Shown piece after piece: positions 1 to 9,646 of a stretch of 64,000 nucleotides of DNA. Below the pieces are notes generated by a model. That model did not search any database. It was not told the origin of the DNA and worked only from the letters and a program-made list of their open reading frames with translations. How positions within the stretch are numbered: position 1 is the stretch's first letter; every line of letters starts with the position of its first letter. This DNA is from a bacterium (lineage in GTDB: Bacteria; Zhuqueibacterota; Zhuqueibacteria; Zhuqueibacterales; Zhuqueibacteraceae). The stretch covers positions 46,633 through 110,632 of the forward strand of contig JBIOXB010000086.1 in NCBI GenBank assembly GCA_044869275.1. The letters are read 5' to 3'. The position numbers and the translations under genes are program-made.

Positions 1-201
1 CCATTCCAAAACTTTGTCCCATTTCCTGAACCAATGCAAGCCTTGCGCCTGCTCGGCCCAAAAACCTTCGGGGTCGTCGATCGAACGCTGATACAGCTTT
101 TCGTATTCGTCAAGCGTCTGAATATGTGCTTTGCTGGAAAATGCGTCAGCAGGTTTGAACAGGCGAGTTTCTTTTAAAACGGATGTAATATCAGCGCTCA
201 T
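1..201 (-). CDS. acs: Acetyl-CoA synthetase, N-terminal part (runs off window)
   Basis: Manual translation from ATG at 201: MSADITSVLKETRLFKPADAFSSKAHIQTLDEYEKLYQRSIDDPEGFWAEQAQGLHWFRKWDKVLEW, typical ACS N-terminus; GAAGGAGG RBS upstream. Confidence 0.85.
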   Translation of the reverse strand, partial: MSADITSVLKETRLFKPADAFSSKAHIQTLDEYEKLYQRSIDDPEGFWAEQAQGLHWFRKWDKVLEW

Positions 202-445
202 GAGCAGCAACCTCCTTCGTCGAGAGAGTTGGATCTGGGTTCAAAAGTGCCAATGATGCAAAGACGCGGACGCCGCGCCCGCTATAAATAAGTAGCGACG
301 AAAGATCAAAGCGCGGAAGAGAATTTTTGTAGGAAAAAATCAAAAAGGGCAGCCTCAAATCCTGAAAGGGTACAATAGCCGCAGACCTCGACTCAAATTA
401 AAGGATTATGAGCATAAACTAAAATATTCGTATCGAGCGCGAACA

Positions 446-1801
446 CTATAAACCTCTTTCGGAATACAATTCCTCTCGATCAATTGTGACTTCACCGCCA
501 AGATCAAATGCTTCGACTTTGAATTCCCGCCGACGTCGTCGGATTTCTTCCTTGCGCTCTTTAATTTTGTCTAATGGTGTTTCGTTTAGGTTTGTTTCCG
601 ATCGTCCACCAATTTCACCAGACTTCCACAATTCACCAAGAGAATATTCCTTGAGCCAGTGTTCCAGTTCTTTATGGGAAAGGCGCTTTAGCGTGCTCCA
701 ACCTTCATCTGATTCGACGACGACGACATCATCGGCATTTTCGAGAAAGGAAATCAAATCGGAAGAATGCGTTGAAATGATGATCTGCATACGTTCCGAA
801 GCTTCTTGCAGCACACCCGCCAGCAAGCGGAGCAATTGCGGGTGCAAACCAACTTCTGGGCTATCAAGGCAAAGTAAAGTAGGAGGTTCGGGATCATAAA
901 GTGCCACTAAGATGCAGAGAAAATGAATTGTGCCATCGGAGAGCAAATTGGCAGTTATAGCGCGTTTAGGAAAGTTCTTGTCCTTCCATGCCAATATCGT
1001 CTTACCTTTCCCTAAATTAGTAGGAAAAGCTATCTCCTCAAATGACGGAAAGGCGCGACGGAGTGTAAGCAATAACGCATCATAAAAATCCCGATACTGG
1101 GATTGATTGTGCAGATGATGCAATACGCTCGAGAGGTTGTCACCATTACGGTTCAAACGTGTAACAGGTGCATCACTGATCGCTTGAGCGCTGCGCATGG
1201 GCAAATTGGGGCTGCTATCAAACGAAGAGTGAACCGCGATATTCGCTAAGACATTCCGTAGTCTGTTAAGCACTGGATCTTGAATGGCATCTCGAATCTG
1301 GGTAATGACCAGGTTAGAGCTACTGGCTTGGTATGCCTTGACCCCATGAGGGTCTCTCAAATCTCTATCATCAGGATCAGGAATAGGCGTATGCTCGAGG
1401 CCGGATTTATCAACAAACAATGCACCGACAAGCTTCTCTGTAACTATTGAGTATTCTTCATTATCAATAGAACCAGAAGGCGAATTCTTGGTAATCCCGA
1501 CAAGATAGTCACCTTCCTTACGAATAAAGGAAGAGTCTCTTACTTCAGATTCTATGTCAATGCCGCATCGAAAGCTCATTCTTTCCACGCCGTTCCAGCT
1601 TAGAACTTTGCCGATGCCGCCTCTTTGTGCAACAGCGTGCGAAAGCCCTTGCTTACACGCTTCGGACAGAAAATCCCAAAAGTCGAGAAAGTTCGTTTTT
1701 CCGCTGCGATTGGGCCCAATAAGAACGTTTAATGATCGCAGCGGAAAATCATCTAAGGATTTAAAACTCTTGAATCCCTGAATGTTGATGGATGAAATCA
1801 T
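446..1801 (-). CDS. AAA_21/RecF-SMC-like ABC-fold ATPase with atypical C-terminal extension
   Basis: MISSINIQGFKSF start, Walker A GPNRSGKT, signature LSDGT, Walker B region LLCLDSPEVGLHP, H-loop STHS; AT-richer than neighbours. Confidence 0.8.
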   Translation of the reverse strand: MISSINIQGFKSFKSLDDFPLRSLNVLIGPNRSGKTNFLDFWDFLSEACKQGLSHAVAQRGGIGKVLSWNGVERMSFRCGIDIESEVRDSSFIRKEGDYLVGITKNSPSGSIDNEEYSIVTEKLVGALFVDKSGLEHTPIPDPDDRDLRDPHGVKAYQASSSNLVITQIRDAIQDPVLNRLRNVLANIAVHSSFDSSPNLPMRSAQAISDAPVTRLNRNGDNLSSVLHHLHNQSQYRDFYDALLLTLRRAFPSFEEIAFPTNLGKGKTILAWKDKNFPKRAITANLLSDGTIHFLCILVALYDPEPPTLLCLDSPEVGLHPQLLRLLAGVLQEASERMQIIISTHSSDLISFLENADDVVVVESDEGWSTLKRLSHKELEHWLKEYSLGELWKSGEIGGRSETNLNETPLDKIKERKEEIRRRRREFKVEAFDLGGEVTIDREELYSERGL

Positions 1802-1814
1802 TTCTGAACCAAAA

Positions 1815-4091
1815 CTAATTGGTGCTCTTCCCAATCAAATTCAACGCACTTCCCGCCTTAAACCAGCCAATGGCCGTTTCATTGAAAGTATGATTCAATA
1901 CGCATGCATTGGTCGTGCCGTCGCTATGTTTGATGATCAGCTTTAGCGGTTTGCCGGGCGTAAATGTCGTAAGTCCCACGATCGATAGACGATCTTCTTC
2001 GCGGATCAAGTCATAGTCCGCCGGATCGGCAAACGTGAGCGGGAGAAGTCCCTGCTTTTTTAGATTGGTTTCATGAATGCGCGCGAAGCTGCGCGTGATC
2101 ACCGCGCGGCAGCCGAGCCAGCGCGGCTCCATCGCGGCATGTTCTCGCGAAGATCCTTCTCCATAATTCTCATCGCCGACCGCAACCCACCCCATTAATT
2201 TGCCCGCGAGCAGCAAAGTTTTGTATTCGCGCGCGACTTCTGAAAAAGATTTCACTGCTCCGGTGAGCACGTTCTTGCCCCGGCCTGCTTCTCCGGTGAA
2301 GGCATTGATCGCGCCGCTGAACATGTTGTCGGAGATGTTGTCGAGATGGCCGCGATATTTCAGCCATTTGCCCGCGGGCGAGATGTGATCCGTCGTGCAT
2401 TTGCCTTTGGCTTTCACCAGTACCGGCAGATCGACGAAATCTCGGCCTTCCCAAGGCGCGAAGGGTACCAGCGCCTGCAGACGTTCGCTTTGGGGATCTA
2501 TGACCACCCGCACTTTCGCGCCTTCGGCCGCGGGCGCCACATAGCCAGAATCGCCTGGATCGAAGCCTCGGGCCGGTAGCTCGACGCCCGTGGGAGGGTC
2601 AAGCTTGACGCTCTCACCTTTGTCATTGACCAGGGTATCGGTGAGCGGATTGAAGCTCAATCTTCCCGCCAGTGCGTAGGCGGTGACAATCTCCGGGCTG
2701 GCGACAAAGGCAAGCGTGTTGGGGTTGTCGTCGTTGCGCTTGGCAAAATTACGATTATAGGAATTGATGATGGTGTTGCGCTCGCCCGGTTTGATGTCGT
2801 CGCGGCTCCACATGCCGATGCACGGGCCGCAGGCATTCGCCAGCACTTTGCCGCCCACGGCGGTGAGCGTCTGCAATTGGCCGTCGCGTGTGATGGTCGC
2901 ACGAATTTGCTCCGAGCCGGGAGTGATGGTGAATTTCGACTTGACTTTCAAGCCCTTTGCCAGGGCTTGCTGCGCCACGCTCGCGGCGCGCTCGAGGTCT
3001 TCATATGAAGAATTGGTGCAACTGCCGATCAACGCGACTTTGATTTCATCGGGATATCCGTTTTGCTTCGCATCCTCCGCCAGCTGGGAAACGGGCCGCG
3101 CCAAATCGGGGGTCAATGGCCCATTGACATACGGCTCCAGTTTCGCCAGATCGATTTCAATCACTTGATCATAAAACTTTTCCGGCGATTTCAAAACTTC
3201 GGGATCGGGGGTGAGATGGTGCGCGATACGATTGGCCGCCTGCGCAACCTGGGCACGCTCGGTCGCGATCAAGTAGGTTTCCATGCGCTGGTCGTAGGGA
3301 AAAACCGAGGTCGTTGCGCCGATTTCTGCGCCCATGTTGGTGATGGTGCCCTTGCCCGTGGCGCTGATCGCGGCTGCGCCTTCGCCAAAATACTCGATGA
3401 TATTGTTCGTCCCGCCTTTGACCGTAAGAATGCCCGCGACTCTGAGAATGACGTCTTTTGCCGCGGTCCAGCCGTTCATTTTGCCTTTGAGATGCACGCC
3501 CACGACGCCGGGCCATTTCAATTCCCACGGAATACCCGCCATGACATCCACGGCATCCGCGCCGCCGACGCCAATCGCGATCATGCCCAAGCCGCCGGCA
3601 TTGGGCGTGTGCGAATCCGTGCCGATCATCAAACCGCCAGGAAAGGCATAGTTTTCGAGCACGACTTGATGAATGATGCCGGCGCCCGGTTTCCAAAAGC
3701 CAATGCCGTATTTGTTCGAGACGCTGGCGAGGAAATCATACACTTCTTTATTTTCATCGCGCGCGCGCGCCAAATCAGCATGCGCACCCAGCTTGGCTTG
3801 AATGAGGTGATCGCAATGGACCGTGGAGGGCACAACAGTCTTGGGTATGCTCGCAGTCATGAACTGCAGCAGAGCCATTTGCGCCGTGGCGTCTTGCATG
3901 GCCACGCGATCGGGAGAGAGATTGATGTAAGTTTTCTTGCGCGCGGGCGGTTCCTTCGGCAATTCACTGAAATGCGCGCACAGAATTTTTTCGGTGAGCG
4001 TCAGCGGCCGGTGGTAGAGCTGGCGCGCCGCCGCGATTTTCGCATCAAAAGATGCATAGACGCGTTGGATTGAATCGAGGTCGAAAAGCAT
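1815..4091 (-). CDS. acn: Aconitate hydratase (mitochondrial-like type)
   Basis: [70 protein letters not shown] before ATG 4091. Confidence 0.96.
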   Translation of the reverse strand: MLFDLDSIQRVYASFDAKIAAARQLYHRPLTLTEKILCAHFSELPKEPPARKKTYINLSPDRVAMQDATAQMALLQFMTASIPKTVVPSTVHCDHLIQAKLGAHADLARARDENKEVYDFLASVSNKYGIGFWKPGAGIIHQVVLENYAFPGGLMIGTDSHTPNAGGLGMIAIGVGGADAVDVMAGIPWELKWPGVVGVHLKGKMNGWTAAKDVILRVAGILTVKGGTNNIIEYFGEGAAAISATGKGTITNMGAEIGATTSVFPYDQRMETYLIATERAQVAQAANRIAHHLTPDPEVLKSPEKFYDQVIEIDLAKLEPYVNGPLTPDLARPVSQLAEDAKQNGYPDEIKVALIGSCTNSSYEDLERAASVAQQALAKGLKVKSKFTITPGSEQIRATITRDGQLQTLTAVGGKVLANACGPCIGMWSRDDIKPGERNTIINSYNRNFAKRNDDNPNTLAFVASPEIVTAYALAGRLSFNPLTDTLVNDKGESVKLDPPTGVELPARGFDPGDSGYVAPAAEGAKVRVVIDPQSERLQALVPFAPWEGRDFVDLPVLVKAKGKCTTDHISPAGKWLKYRGHLDNISDNMFSGAINAFTGEAGRGKNVLTGAVKSFSEVAREYKTLLLAGKLMGWVAVGDENYGEGSSREHAAMEPRWLGCRAVITRSFARIHETNLKKQGLLPLTFADPADYDLIREEDRLSIVGLTTFTPGKPLKLIIKHSDGTTNACVLNHTFNETAIGWFKAGSALNLIGKSTN

Positions 4092-4343
4092 AAAAATACT
4101 CCTCGGCAAAAAGTACAGATGAAATCACTTTCGTCTCGAGCACTGTCTATTTTGATGGGGCCTTGGGTGTAGCCAAACAAACCGTCACACCTATAACGCT
4201 CAATCATATAATGTTTTCGCCGGGGTGATGCTTGAGGCTTGTGGAACGCAGCGTTTTCTTGATGCCGCTGGCATTGAGGATTGAATCAAGAACTTGAATT
4301 TCGGTAGCATGAAGCCGGCCCAATGTACTTAAGCCGATCATGA

Positions 4344-4661
4344 TTATGTCAACCCGCCCGTCTTCAACGTTTTCCCCAATACATACTCCACTTCCAAAAC
4401 ATTGCCCTTCAGCCGGCCATTAAAATCTTTGCGGTCGTCAATGATAATATCCGTCACCACGCGCTCGGCGAATTTTTTCAGCTCTTCGTGACACTTCTGA
4501 ATCACGAACATCACCTCTTCCCAAGACCCTTCCAGCAAAATGCCCATCGCGGTCAATTGATAATCCAATTCGCTTTTCGCGACCAAGGCCACTGCTTGGG
4601 CTAGCAATTCTTTGGTTTCCTCGCCCGTGCCGATGGGCGTAAGTCGAAATTCGACCAGCAT
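4344..4661 (-). CDS. MTH1187/YkoF-family thiamine-binding protein
   Basis: 105 aa; EFRLTPIG..YQLTAMG..LEG.WEEV..RVVTDIIIDDR pattern. Confidence 0.8.
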   Translation of the reverse strand: MLVEFRLTPIGTGEETKELLAQAVALVAKSELDYQLTAMGILLEGSWEEVMFVIQKCHEELKKFAERVVTDIIIDDRKDFNGRLKGNVLEVEYVLGKTLKTGGLT

Positions 4662-4781
4662 TGCTTTCCTTTCTCGCTCAGCGGAATTTTGAAAACCTCG
4701 TCCCGCCGGCGCGGGAGGGCTTGAGAGTTCAACCCCGCTCGGCGCTAGCAGCGGAACGGGAAAAATGTAATTTTTTATTTC

Positions 4782-5219
4782 TTAGGCCGACTCTTGCATT
4801 TCAGTTTCACTGATGTTCTGGCCCAGCAATTTTACGCCTTCCTTAAAAACCACTTCGATTTTTGTATCATTGTGCACTTTGGTGATCACGCCCACACCGA
4901 AAGTCTTGTGGCGGATGGCCTTGACCAAACGAAAATCGCCGCTGGTGGAGTAATCCTGGGCATCCTGCTCGGAGACTTCCAAGATCAAATTGTCCCAGCT
5001 CATTCTGCTGCGCCGGCCGCCGCTGCGCGGTGCCTTGGCGGCTTTGGGGGTGGCGGATTTCACGCGATACAACCGGTAGCTATTGCACACCGTGCACATC
5101 ACGCGCGAGATCTTGCCGTCTTTAACCGAGGTGGCTTTGTGCAGAGTGTCCGCTTTGCATTTGCCGCAATAAAATTCAATCTCTTGTCCGACTAGACGTT
5201 CGACTTCAGCGTCGCTCAT
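4782..5219 (-). CDS. Hypothetical Zn-ribbon protein with C-terminal PcrA/UvrD-Tudor-like segment
   Basis: CGKC...H...CTVC motifs; C-terminal HKTFGVGVITKV..KIEVVF.EG.KLL; AGGAG RBS before ATG 5219. Confidence 0.65.
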   Translation of the reverse strand: MSDAEVERLVGQEIEFYCGKCKADTLHKATSVKDGKISRVMCTVCNSYRLYRVKSATPKAAKAPRSGGRRSRMSWDNLILEVSEQDAQDYSTSGDFRLVKAIRHKTFGVGVITKVHNDTKIEVVFKEGVKLLGQNISETEMQESA

Positions 5220-5452
5220 ATTTTCTCCTTGACGTAAGGTGACCCTACCAGATGAAACAACATATAATAGTAACACTAATTTTTTTGAAAAACAAGCCCT
5301 TGATTTTGAAAAATAGAGATGTAGCGGCAAAATTGCGTTGGGGATTGCTATTGAATTTCAAAATTGCTATCATCCGTCCACTTTGTCGGAAGTATTCAAA
5401 GCATGCAGCGCGAACGCAAACGATAGCCCGGCGATGAGGGAGGAAAAAAACC

Positions 5453-7723
5453 GTGGCCGATATGTCCAACCATCAGATCAAACGCATGACCACCGTTTCG
5501 CAATCCGATGTCGATCGCATCGTTTACGGCGATCATCACGATCCGTTTTCCGTTTTGGGCATGCATCACCTTGCGCACGAAGGCGCGAGTGCGATTGCCG
5601 TGCGCGTCTTTGCACCGGAAGCCGAGAGAATCGCCGTCATCGACCCGGAAGGAGGCGGCCACCCCATGACCAAGATCAATGGCTTGGGATTTTATGAGCT
5701 GGTGCTTGAAGATCGCCGCGAACGCTTTCGTTACCAGCTCGAATTGACCGATTCTTTCGGACAAACGCGGCGTGTGGCCGACCCCTATGCCTATATGCGT
5801 GTTCTGACGGATGAAGATTTAGGCCTGTTCGCCCGTGGCAAGCATTGGCAAATCTATGATCGGCTCGGAGCCCACCTCATGACCATCGACCAGGCCACGG
5901 GCGTGCATTTCGCCGTGTGGGCGCCTTCGGCGCGGCGCGTGAGCGTGGTCGGAAATTTCAATCGCTGGGACGGCCGCCGCCACACCATGCGCAAACTGCT
6001 CACCGGGGTATGGGAGATTTTCATTCCCGGCCTCACGGCTGGAGAAGTTTACAAATTTGAAATAAAAACGCGCGAAGGTCATTTGCGCGTGAAAAGCGAC
6101 CCCTATGCCCAGCGCACGGAATTGCGCCCGGCGAACGCCTCGGTGGTACCGGTCGCAGAGAAATTTCAGTGGCAGGATCAAGATTGGATGTCGCGCCGCG
6201 CCGAAACCGGCTGGCTGGAGCGGCCGATGGCGATTTATGAATTGCATCTCGGCTCGTGGAAGCGCAAGGGCCAGGGCGAAAACGATTGGCTCGGTTATCG
6301 TGAAACAGCGAACGACCTGGCGGAATACCTCACCCATATGGGTTATACGCACGTCGAGCTGATGCCGGTTATGGAGCATCCCTATGATCCCTCCTGGGGC
6401 TATCAAGTCACAGGGTACTATGCGGTGAGCAGCCGTTACGGCAATCCGGAAGATTTTGCCTATTTCGTGGATTGCATGCATCGCCACAATCTCGGCGTAA
6501 TTTTGGACTGGGTGCCAGCGCATTTTCCCAAAGACGATTTTGCCCTGCGCTGGTTCGATGGCACGGCATTGTATGAGCATGCCGATCCGCGCCTGGGCGA
6601 GCATCCCGATTGGGGCACGCTGATTTTCAACTATGGGCGCAACGAAGTGCGCAATTTCTTGATTGCGAACGCGCTGTTCTGGCTGGAAAAATACCACATC
6701 GATGGCCTGCGTGTGGATGCCGTCGCCTCCATGCTCTATCTCGACTACTCGCGCAACGCCGGGGAATGGGTGCCGAACAAATACGGCGGGCGCGAGAACT
6801 TGGAGGCCATTGATTTTATCAAAGAAATGAATGAAATCGTGCATGGCAGATTTCCCGGCGCGATCACCATTGCCGAAGAATCCACGGCGTGGCCTGCCGT
6901 GTCGCGCCCGACTTATCTCGGCGGCCTCGGCTTTACGTTCAAATGGAACATGGGATGGATGAATGATTTTCTGCGATACATGGAGAAAGACCCTATTTAT
7001 CGCCAATATCATCAAAACTTGATCACTTTCTCGATGATTTATGCATTTTCTGAGAACTTCATTTTACCCTTGTCACATGATGAAGTGGTGCACGGCAAGC
7101 GTGCATTGCTGGACAAGATGCCGGGCGACAGCTGGCGCAAGTTCGCGAATATGCGGCTGGCGCTGGGCTTCATGTTTGGCCACCCTGGCAAAAAGATGCT
7201 GTTCATGGGCAGCGAGACCGGGCAGTGGTGGGAATGGAATCATGCTGATAGTTTGCAGTGGCATTTGCTCGAGCACGAGCCGCATCGCAAGCTGCTGGAA
7301 TATGTGAAGGATTTGAATCATCTTTACCGCAGTGAGCCCGCCCTGTATGAAGTCGACTATTCCTGGGAAGGATTTCAATGGATCGATTTCAGCGACGCGC
7401 AATCCAGCTTGATTTCATTCATGCGCTACGGCAAAAAACGGGACGAAGTCGTGGTATTTGCCTGCAATTTCACTCCGACGCCGCGGCGGAGTTACCGCCT
7501 GGGGGTGCCCATGCGGGGCTATTACCAAGAATTGCTCAACAGCGATTCCGAGCATTACGGCGGCAGCAATCTGGGCAATTCCGGCGGCGTGCAAGCCGAA
7601 GAAGCTCCGCACCACAACCAGCCGTACTCCATTGTCATCGAATTCCCGCCGCTGGCGGTGGTGGTGCTCAAATGCCGGAGGAATGAGGCGGAGGAGGCGG
7701 CGAAGAGCGAAGGGCGAGGATAG
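5453..7723 (+). CDS. glgB: 1,4-alpha-glucan branching enzyme (GH13)
   Basis: FAVWAP, IYELHLGSW, SWGYQVTGYY, DWVPAHFP, DGLRVDAVASMLY, AEEST, LSHDEVVHGK. Confidence 0.97.
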   Translation: MADMSNHQIKRMTTVSQSDVDRIVYGDHHDPFSVLGMHHLAHEGASAIAVRVFAPEAERIAVIDPEGGGHPMTKINGLGFYELVLEDRRERFRYQLELTDSFGQTRRVADPYAYMRVLTDEDLGLFARGKHWQIYDRLGAHLMTIDQATGVHFAVWAPSARRVSVVGNFNRWDGRRHTMRKLLTGVWEIFIPGLTAGEVYKFEIKTREGHLRVKSDPYAQRTELRPANASVVPVAEKFQWQDQDWMSRRAETGWLERPMAIYELHLGSWKRKGQGENDWLGYRETANDLAEYLTHMGYTHVELMPVMEHPYDPSWGYQVTGYYAVSSRYGNPEDFAYFVDCMHRHNLGVILDWVPAHFPKDDFALRWFDGTALYEHADPRLGEHPDWGTLIFNYGRNEVRNFLIANALFWLEKYHIDGLRVDAVASMLYLDYSRNAGEWVPNKYGGRENLEAIDFIKEMNEIVHGRFPGAITIAEESTAWPAVSRPTYLGGLGFTFKWNMGWMNDFLRYMEKDPIYRQYHQNLITFSMIYAFSENFILPLSHDEVVHGKRALLDKMPGDSWRKFANMRLALGFMFGHPGKKMLFMGSETGQWWEWNHADSLQWHLLEHEPHRKLLEYVKDLNHLYRSEPALYEVDYSWEGFQWIDFSDAQSSLISFMRYGKKRDEVVVFACNFTPTPRRSYRLGVPMRGYYQELLNSDSEHYGGSNLGNSGGVQAEEAPHHNQPYSIVIEFPPLAVVVLKCRRNEAEEAAKSEGRG

Positions 7724-7857
7724 AAGATGAGGGCGCAGGAGATTCTGAAGTGTCAGACGCAAAGCGTGACGAATTGGTGAAACATTACGAATTCCAAATT
7801 ACGTAGCGCGAATCATGGGCTCAGCTTTTGATGAAAGCATGAACAGAAAGGATTTCG

Positions 7858-8694
7858 ATGAACGAGGTTGTTGTTGCAGTGATTCTAGGAATCGTTGAAG
7901 GATTGACCGAATTTCTGCCCGTGAGCTCAACGGGGCATTTGATTCTGGTGGGAAACTGGCTGCAATTTACCGGAGAAAAAGCGAATGCTTTTGAAATCTT
8001 TATCCAGTTCGGCGCGATCATTGCCGTGCTGGGATATTTTCGCAAGCGCATCGGCGCGTTGTTGCAAAGGCTGCTGGGCAAGGAGCCGCGGCCGGGCGAG
8101 CAGTACGGCTTCAGTGTTGCCCAAGCGCGCCGCTTTGCAGCTGCGGTGATGGTCGCATTTGTTCCCGCCGCCGTGATGGGATTCTTCTTGCATGACAAGA
8201 TTGAGGAACTCCTTTTCAATCCGCGGACCGTGGCCGCTGCATTGGTGATCGGTGGCGTGGGCATTATTTTGATCGAGCGTTTGCACTTGCGCCCGACTAC
8301 AGAAGCGATGGAAGAAACGACCTGGCTGCAAGCCTTCTGGGTCGGGGTGGCGCAATGTTTCTCCTTGTTTCCCGGCATGTCGCGCTCGGCTTCGACCATC
8401 ATGGGCGGATTGGTTGCGGGCCAGAGCCACGCCGCGGCGGCGGAATTCTCGTTTTTTTTGGCGATCCCCACGATTTCCGCAGCGACTTTGTACAGTTTGC
8501 TCAAAAGAATTCACCTGTTGCATCGTGAAGATGTCTTGATTTTTTCCGCGGGATTTATAGTTTCTCTGATTACGGCCTGGGTGGTGATCGCGGCGTTCAT
8601 GTCGTACATCAAAAAGCACAGCTTCGAAGCCTTTGGCTGGTACCGCATTGTTTTGGGATTCGCGATTCTCGGCATGATCTGGCTGCAGGCGTAG
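7858..8694 (+). CDS. uppP: Undecaprenyl-diphosphatase
   Basis: GIVEGLTEFLPVSSTGHL, PGMSRSASTI, AAEFSFFLAIP, FGWYRI. Confidence 0.96.
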   Translation: MNEVVVAVILGIVEGLTEFLPVSSTGHLILVGNWLQFTGEKANAFEIFIQFGAIIAVLGYFRKRIGALLQRLLGKEPRPGEQYGFSVAQARRFAAAVMVAFVPAAVMGFFLHDKIEELLFNPRTVAAALVIGGVGIILIERLHLRPTTEAMEETTWLQAFWVGVAQCFSLFPGMSRSASTIMGGLVAGQSHAAAAEFSFFLAIPTISAATLYSLLKRIHLLHREDVLIFSAGFIVSLITAWVVIAAFMSYIKKHSFEAFGWYRIVLGFAILGMIWLQA

Positions 8695-8700
8695 TTGTTT

Positions 8701-8810
8701 GAGGATCGTGGAGGGAAGATCTCTGGTCGAAGCTTTGAGGAGGGAAGATTGAGGATGGCGAGTTCTGGGCTTTTGCGATCTTCGATCCTCTGGCTTCGAC
8801 CGTCGAACCA
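8701..8810. repeat. Inverted array of degenerate heptamers (GAGGATC-like left, GATCCTC-like right)
   Basis: gaggatc gtggagg gaagatc ... gaagatt gaggatg // gatcttc gatcctc tggcttc gaccgtc between uppP and radC. Confidence 0.6.
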
Positions 8811-8823
8811 GGAGGGGGTGGCA

Positions 8824-9510
8824 ATGACATACAAACTGCAAATCCCGCAGTGGCCGGAGAACGAGCGGCCGCGCGAGCGCTTGTGCCAATTGGGGGCAGA
8901 GTATCTCTCCGACGCGGAATTGCTGGCAATCACCCTGCGCGTGGGCAACCAGGGACAATCCGCATTCGATCTCGCCAAAGCAATCCTCATTTCTTGCCAG
9001 GGTCTGGGCGGATTGGATGCCAAAAGCGTGAGCGAGCTGTGCCAGATCCACGGCATCGGCCCGGCCAAAGCTGCGCAGATCAAAGCCGCGATTGAAATCG
9101 GCAAGCGCTTGCGCCACGCGAGCAAGACGCCGGGCGCGGCCTTTCGCAACAGCCGTGAAGTGTTCGATCATATGCAAGCGAGATTGCGCCATCAGCCGCG
9201 CGAGCAATTTCACGTCTTGTTATTGACCATTCGCAACAAACTGATTCTCGAGAAAAAACTGTTCGAAGGCACGCTGCACGAAAGCATCGTCAATCCGCGT
9301 GAAGTGGTCAAGCTCGCGGTGAACGAACAGGCGGCCGGCGTCATTTTTGTGCACAACCATCCCAGCGGCGAGCCGGCGCCCAGCAAGGACGATCTCGATT
9401 TGACCAAAAGACTGCAACGCGCGTGTGAAGCAGTCGAGATTCGCGTGCTGGACCACGTGATCGTTGGCGGCGATCGTTTCTTCAGTTTTGCCGATGAAGC
9501 CTTGTTGTAG
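8824..9510 (+). CDS. radC: RadC-family JAB domain protein
   Basis: ERPRERL..GA..LSDAELLAI, GIGPAKA, HNHPSG..PS..D, LDHVIVG; GGAGG RBS before ATG 8824. Confidence 0.93.
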   Translation: MTYKLQIPQWPENERPRERLCQLGAEYLSDAELLAITLRVGNQGQSAFDLAKAILISCQGLGGLDAKSVSELCQIHGIGPAKAAQIKAAIEIGKRLRHASKTPGAAFRNSREVFDHMQARLRHQPREQFHVLLLTIRNKLILEKKLFEGTLHESIVNPREVVKLAVNEQAAGVIFVHNHPSGEPAPSKDDLDLTKRLQRACEAVEIRVLDHVIVGGDRFFSFADEALL

Positions 9511-9630
9511 GGATTGGGGATTGTGAATAGTGGATGGAAGATCGTAAATTGAAAACGAAGACGAAATATGACTCACGATCAACGATCTACTATCCACCAT
9601 CCACGATCTCTCGCATAATCCTCGAATCAA
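9511..9630. repeat. Inverted array of degenerate heptamers (GGATAGT-like / ACGATCC-like)
   Basis: ggattgg ggattgt gaatagt ggatgga agatcgt // tcacgat caacgat ctactat ccaccat ccacgat. Confidence 0.6.
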
Positions 9631-9646
9631 AGATCAGGCAAAAAGG

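Noticed and set aside
4662..4781. TPP riboswitch upstream of the thiamine-binding-family gene
   Set aside because: GC-rich hairpins are present but the CUGAGA and CUGAU..UAAU..CGNAGG core motifs are not
8824..9510. radC as marker of an integrated mobile element
   Set aside because: It is the full-length chromosomal type among housekeeping genes, with no integrase or att sites visible
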